The translations under genes and the position numbers were made by a program. A stretch of 20,000 bases of DNA from Candidatus Aminicenantales bacterium (GTDB lineage: Bacteria > Acidobacteriota > Aminicenantia > Aminicenantales > UBA4085): the NCBI GenBank assembly GCA_049515535.1, contig JBEKTZ010000011.1, positions 113,426-133,425 of the forward strand, given 5' to 3'. This document shows positions 15,754 through 20,000 of the stretch, piece after piece. Numbering within the stretch: the stretch's first letter is position 1; each line of letters opens with the position of its first letter. The notes beneath the pieces are model-generated. The model was given only the letters and a program-made list of their open reading frames with translations. It made no database searches and was not told the origin of the DNA.

Positions 15754-18700
15754 TCAGGTTGTTTCCCGGATCTTCTCGATCTCCCTTATTTTGTCCGAAA
15801 GGCGCTTGGGGCTGACGGGAAAAGCCGTCTTCAATTCGGGGGCGAAAACGGAAACCCTGAATTCCTCGATCATCCAGCGGAATTCCTCGACCGCTTCTTG
15901 GAGTTCGAGGGGTGATTGGGCCGTCAACGACGTCCGCATTTTCTCAAGGGCCTGGACGAACGCGTCGATTTGCGCCGCTTTCCTCAGGTCTTTCTCCGGG
16001 TCGTTCCGGGCCCGCTCCGCCCGCAGCCGGAGCGATGCCAAATGCCGGGGAAGATGGCCGAGCCGCTCGATCGAATAAGCCTCCAAAAAATTCCCGGGCG
16101 CCAACCTCCCGGCCTCCTCGCGGATCCGGGCGCAGACGGCGGAGAGGACTTTATTGGACGGATTGGTCTTTTCAAGCGCGTAAAGCCGGGCGTGGAGCTC
16201 CTGATAAGCGGCGAGGACGGGGCGGACCGCTTCCCACAGGGCGTGGGCTTTTTCGAAAAGCGCTCGGACGGCGGTTTCGGCGACGGCCTTGAATTCCGCT
16301 TCCGAGCGCGCATTTTTCCGGAAGACCTCGGCTTTCAGGCGCTCGAGCAGCATGTTCTCCACGGCCTCTTTTCCGCCGAAATACAATGTGGATTTGTGAT
16401 ATTCGACGGGAAGGACGAGACGCCGCTCCATGAATTTCAGGTCCTTGACGAAGGCGTGCTGCAAGAGCGTTTGGACGCCTTTTTTGTGCGAAACGAGGGC
16501 CTCTTCATAGGTTTTGAAAAGCTTGAGGCTCACTCGGCCGGCGGCCTCGGGCTCGAGTCCCGGATAGGCGGCCGCGCCGGGGCCGATCGAAACCACCTCG
16601 GGCAGGGCCCCGAAATCCCAAGCCGTGATCCCGCTCCGCTCCCATGTTCGCCGGGCGTTCGCCCAGACATCCGGGTCCTGGGCCGCGGCCCGGGCGGCTT
16701 CCTTGCGGACGCGACGCACCATTTCGAGGTCGCGGGCCGCGACCAACTCTTTTCCCTGAGAATCGATCACGGCGATGCGCATTTTTAAATGCTTGGGAAG
16801 ATCGGCTTCCGCCCACGCGGAGGCCGGAATGTCCGCGCGGAATCTCTGCTTGGCAAGGCGGGCCAGCGCCTCGAAAAGAGACGCGCCCGAAACACTCAGT
16901 TCACGGACAAAGACTTCGGCCGTATCGGAAACGGGCACCAACGTCTTCCGGTATCTTTTCGGCAGGCCCTTGATGAGGGCCGTGATTTTTTCCTTGAAAA
17001 AACCCGGGACGCCCCAGTCCAACGGCTCCGCGGGAATCCGGCCGATCATGTCGACCGGAATCTTCAGCGTGACACCGTCGTCCTCATCGCCGGGGGCGAA
17101 CTTGTAGAACGCCCGGAACCGCCGGCCGCCGAGGGTCAGTTCATCCGGAAAAAGGGCCATTGCGTTCGGCTCGGGGAAAAAACGGAGTAGGTCCGTTTCC
17201 TTCATGGTCAGAAACCCGTCCCCTCCCTGACGACGGATCCGCTCTTTCATCCCGCGGATATCGAAAACGCCCGCCAGCCGGCCGGAATAGAATCCGGCCT
17301 GGGCCTTTTCGTCCGCCAGGATATCGCGGCGTCTCAGCTTCTCTTCCATCCGCTGGAGCCGCTCGCGCAACTCCAGGTTAAGGCTGAGAAAATGGAAATG
17401 TTCCTTGACGCTCCCCTCGACGAGCGCGGACCGGATGAAAATGCGGTGGGACTCCTCCGGGTCGATCGGGCCGTAGGGAACGGTCCGGCCGGCGACGATC
17501 TCGAGGCCGAAAAGCGTCACCCTCTCCTCGGCCTCGACCTGTCCCCTTCCCTTGTCCCAGCGCGGCGGGCCATAAGCGTAGCGGCAGAGATCGCCGCCCA
17601 GGGCTTCGAGCCACTCGGCGTTGACCCTGGCCGCGGTTCGAGCGAACAGCCGGCTCGTCCGGACCATTTCCGCGGCGACGATCCACGACGCGTTCTTGTT
17701 GAAAAGCGACGAGCCGGGAAAGATCATGGCTTCCCGCCCCCTCGCGGCCGTGAACATATTCCTGTCCTTATGGACCGCGATGTTGGAGAGATAGCCGCTC
17801 AGGATGGATTTGTGGATGGCGGCGTAGAGGGGCTTCGACATTTCGACGGTGTGTCTGCGCTCAAAAGGAATCCGCAATTCCTTCAGGATGTCGAGGATCT
17901 CATTGTGAACGAGCCCCCATTCGCGCATCCGGGAGAAGGAGAGAAAATGCTCGCGGCAGAATTTCCGCATCTTGTTCTGGCTCGTCCTTTCCATCCCCGC
18001 GCCGGCGCCGCGGTTCCAGATATTGAGGAGCGTCAAAAAATCGGAATCCGGGTCGCGAAACGGAGCGTGCGCGGCATCCGCCTGCGCCGCTTTTTCGGGA
18101 GGCCGTTCGCGCGGATCGCGGATGCTCAGGGCCGAAGCGAGGACCGCGACTTCGAGAAGGCATCCCTCCGTCCGGGCTTCCAGCAGCATGCGCGAGATCC
18201 TCGGGTCCAGCGGCATCCGGGCCATGAGGCGGCCTCTCTCCGTCAAGGCGAAGTCTCCGTCTTTGCCCCGAATGGCGCCCAGCTCGACGAGCGTGGCGTA
18301 GCCGTCTTCGACGTTTTTCGGCAGCGGCCTGTCCACGAAGGGGAACTTCAAGGGATGCCCCAAATCGAGGTCGATCATGCGCAGGATGACCTCGGCGAGG
18401 TTCGATCTCAAGATCTCGGGAGGCGTAAACGGCGCCCGGGAGGCGTAATCCTCTTCGGCGAACAGCCGGACGCAAAGGCCTTTGGCGATGCGACCGCACC
18501 GGCCTTTTCTCTGGTCCGCGCTGCTCCGGGAAATGGGGCGGATCGGAAGACTGCTGATGCGGGCTCCCGGGAGATATTGGGAAATTCTGGCCAGTCCCGT
18601 GTCGACGACATATTTGATCCCTGGAATCGTGAGCGATGTTTCGGCGACGTTTGTGGCGACGACGATCTTCGGGCCCGTGACCGAATAGACGCGGCCCTGT

Positions 18701-19491
18701 TGGGCGCCGGGAAGCCGGGCGTAGAGAGGCAAGACGGTGACGCCGGCGTATCTCCGGCCTTCCAGGATTTCGCAGGTTTCCAAGATGTCCTGCTCGGTGG
18801 GCATGAAGACGAGGATATCGCCGGCCGGATTTTGCTTTTTGATCTCATCCACGGCCTGCGCGGCCGCGGCCACGTAGTCCTCCTCATCGGCGTCCGTCCC
18901 GCCGGCTTCTGGCGGACGATACTCCACGTCCACGGGATATACGCGCCCGCCGACCTCGAGGACGGGCGCGCCCTCGAACGCCCTGGAAAATTTTTCGAGA
19001 TCGAGTGTCGCCGAGGTGATGATGAGCCGGAGGTCCGGCCGGACGGGAAGAAGCGTCTTGGCGATGCCGAGCAGGAAATCGATGTTCAGGCTCCGCTCGT
19101 GAGCCTCGTCGATGATGAGGGTGTCATAATCCAGCAGGCGCCGGTCGGACTGGGTCTCGGCCAGGAGCATGCCGTCGGTCAGGATCTTGACGCGGGTCTC
19201 CCGCGAGGTCTTGTCCTCGAAGCGGATCTTGTAGCCCACGGTGCGGCCGACCGTTTCCCCGAGCTCCTGGGCGATGCGGTGGGCGATCGTGATCGCCGCG
19301 ATTCGCCGGGGCTGCGTGCAGCCGATCCGGCCGCGACGGCCGCGGCCGGCCTCGAGACACATTTTCGGTATCTGTGTGCTCTTTCCGCACCCGGTCTCGC
19401 CCGAAATGATGAGGACCTGATGATCGCGGATGGCCCGGACGATCTCGGGACGCCGGCCCGTGATGGGAAGTTCGGGAGGATACGCGATCAT
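15754..19491 (-). CDS. hrpA: ATP-dependent RNA helicase HrpA (DEAH box, DUF3418-type C-terminus)
   Basis: YPPELPI, GETGCGKSTQ, CTQPRRIAA, DEAHERS, SAT, ATNVAETSLT, QRKGRCGR, and C-terminal RWMIEEFRVSVFA...VSPKRL. Start moved to ATG 19491 (MIAYPPELP). Confidence 0.95.
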   Translation of the reverse strand: MIAYPPELPITGRRPEIVRAIRDHQVLIISGETGCGKSTQIPKMCLEAGRGRRGRIGCTQPRRIAAITIAHRIAQELGETVGRTVGYKIRFEDKTSRETRVKILTDGMLLAETQSDRRLLDYDTLIIDEAHERSLNIDFLLGIAKTLLPVRPDLRLIITSATLDLEKFSRAFEGAPVLEVGGRVYPVDVEYRPPEAGGTDADEEDYVAAAAQAVDEIKKQNPAGDILVFMPTEQDILETCEILEGRRYAGVTVLPLYARLPGAQQGRVYSVTGPKIVVATNVAETSLTIPGIKYVVDTGLARISQYLPGARISSLPIRPISRSSADQRKGRCGRIAKGLCVRLFAEEDYASRAPFTPPEILRSNLAEVILRMIDLDLGHPLKFPFVDRPLPKNVEDGYATLVELGAIRGKDGDFALTERGRLMARMPLDPRISRMLLEARTEGCLLEVAVLASALSIRDPRERPPEKAAQADAAHAPFRDPDSDFLTLLNIWNRGAGAGMERTSQNKMRKFCREHFLSFSRMREWGLVHNEILDILKELRIPFERRHTVEMSKPLYAAIHKSILSGYLSNIAVHKDRNMFTAARGREAMIFPGSSLFNKNASWIVAAEMVRTSRLFARTAARVNAEWLEALGGDLCRYAYGPPRWDKGRGQVEAEERVTLFGLEIVAGRTVPYGPIDPEESHRIFIRSALVEGSVKEHFHFLSLNLELRERLQRMEEKLRRRDILADEKAQAGFYSGRLAGVFDIRGMKERIRRQGGDGFLTMKETDLLRFFPEPNAMALFPDELTLGGRRFRAFYKFAPGDEDDGVTLKIPVDMIGRIPAEPLDWGVPGFFKEKITALIKGLPKRYRKTLVPVSDTAEVFVRELSVSGASLFEALARLAKQRFRADIPASAWAEADLPKHLKMRIAVIDSQGKELVAARDLEMVRRVRKEAARAAAQDPDVWANARRTWERSGITAWDFGALPEVVSIGPGAAAYPGLEPEAAGRVSLKLFKTYEEALVSHKKGVQTLLQHAFVKDLKFMERRLVLPVEYHKSTLYFGGKEAVENMLLERLKAEVFRKNARSEAEFKAVAETAVRALFEKAHALWEAVRPVLAAYQELHARLYALEKTNPSNKVLSAVCARIREEAGRLAPGNFLEAYSIERLGHLPRHLASLRLRAERARNDPEKDLRKAAQIDAFVQALEKMRTSLTAQSPLELQEAVEEFRWMIEEFRVSVFAPELKTAFPVSPKRLSDKIREIEKIRETT

Positions 19492-19609
19492 GAAAACACT
19501 CTTACCACAGGATTGAAGAGGGGTCAATCGAGGGGATCTTCTCGCTATTCTCTTTGGACAGTTCAGGCGGCTTCTGAAAATGGATTCTGGACCCATTAGG
19601 GGAGGCGAA

Positions 19610-19638
19610 TTGACGCTTCGTCGATTCTTTGATAATCT
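19610..19638 (+). promoter_or_regulatory. Sigma70-type promoter for the second kinase
   Basis: TTGACG (19610-19615), 17 nt, TAATCT (19633-19638), preceded by TG. Confidence 0.5.
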
Positions 19639-19665
19639 TAATTCATCTGATGGAAGGGGTCAGCC

Positions 19666-20000
19666 GTGGCTGTCAAGTGCCCGAAATGTCATTCTGAGAA
19701 TTCCGAGACCAAGCAGTTCTGCGGAGATTGCGGCACCCCGCTTCCTTCCTCCAAGGTCATCCGCCCCGAAGTCACGGAAACTTTCCAAACGTCCATAAAG
19801 GAGCTGACCACGGGTTCGACCTTCGCCGGCCGCTACCAGGTCATCGAGGAGCTGGGTCATGGCGGCATGGGCAGGGTTTACAAAGTCCAGGACACGGACA
19901 TCAAGGAGAAAGTCGCCCTCAAGCTCCTCCGGCCCGAGATCACCCTGGACAAGGAAACGATCGAGCGGTTCTCGAACGAATTGAAACTCGCCCGCAGGAT
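19666..20000 (+). CDS. Zinc-ribbon Ser/Thr protein kinase, N-terminal part (paralog of 832-3504); truncated by window edge, absent from the ORF track
   Basis: GTG start after GGAAGGGG. Manual translation: MAVKCPKCHSENSETKQFCGDCGTPLPSSKVIRPEVTETFQTSIKELTTGSTFAGRYQVIEELGHGGMGRVYKVQDTDIKEKVALKLLRPEITLDKETIERFSNELKLARR. Confidence 0.93.
   Translation, partial: MAVKCPKCHSENSETKQFCGDCGTPLPSSKVIRPEVTETFQTSIKELTTGSTFAGRYQVIEELGHGGMGRVYKVQDTDIKEKVALKLLRPEITLDKETIERFSNELKLARR

Noticed and set aside
19492..19596. Longer hrpA start
   Set aside because: It is non-homologous-looking sequence lying in the divergent promoter region.
17392..19599. 735-aa plus-strand ORF antisense to hrpA
   Set aside because: No recognisable motifs. 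Long antisense frames are expected opposite high-GC genes with strong codon bias.
1..20000. CRISPR array, DGR/retron, tRNA/rRNA, intact IS element
   Set aside because: By eye I found no regularly spaced direct repeats, reverse transcriptase, transposase ORF or RNA-gene signature. A covariance-model scan was not possible.

Overview
GC-rich bacterial window of mostly housekeeping and envelope genes. Order: 3' end of an S9 peptidase (+); glyoxalase I/VOC protein (-); a receptor-like zinc-ribbon/Ser-Thr kinase/TM/TolB-like/TPR protein (-); GT2 glycosyltransferase (+); lactate permease (-); Tat-exported amidase plus GH29 alpha-L-fucosidase (+); a five-gene envelope operon (+); stand-alone TrpB2-type PLP enzyme (+); HrpA DEAH helicase (-); and the 5' end of a second, paralogous zinc-ribbon kinase (+). 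The operon encodes a YtkA/FixH-like secreted protein, a porin-like beta-barrel, an FMN_bind-like putative lipoprotein without the flavinylation motif, a MacB/FtsX permease and an ABC ATPase. It is the best candidate for an uncharacterised system, possibly metal or redox related. The paralogous, compositionally mosaic receptor kinases are the second candidate. Three unrelated structured palindromic elements lie between genes: a nested one at 3635-3774, a 23-bp-arm hairpin at 9950-10018, and one inside the operon at 12269-12360. Several small cryptic ORFs were also found. The kinase architecture resembles Ca. Aminicenantes/Acidobacteriota genomes (inference only). No rRNA, tRNA, CRISPR array, transposase or reverse transcriptase was seen.
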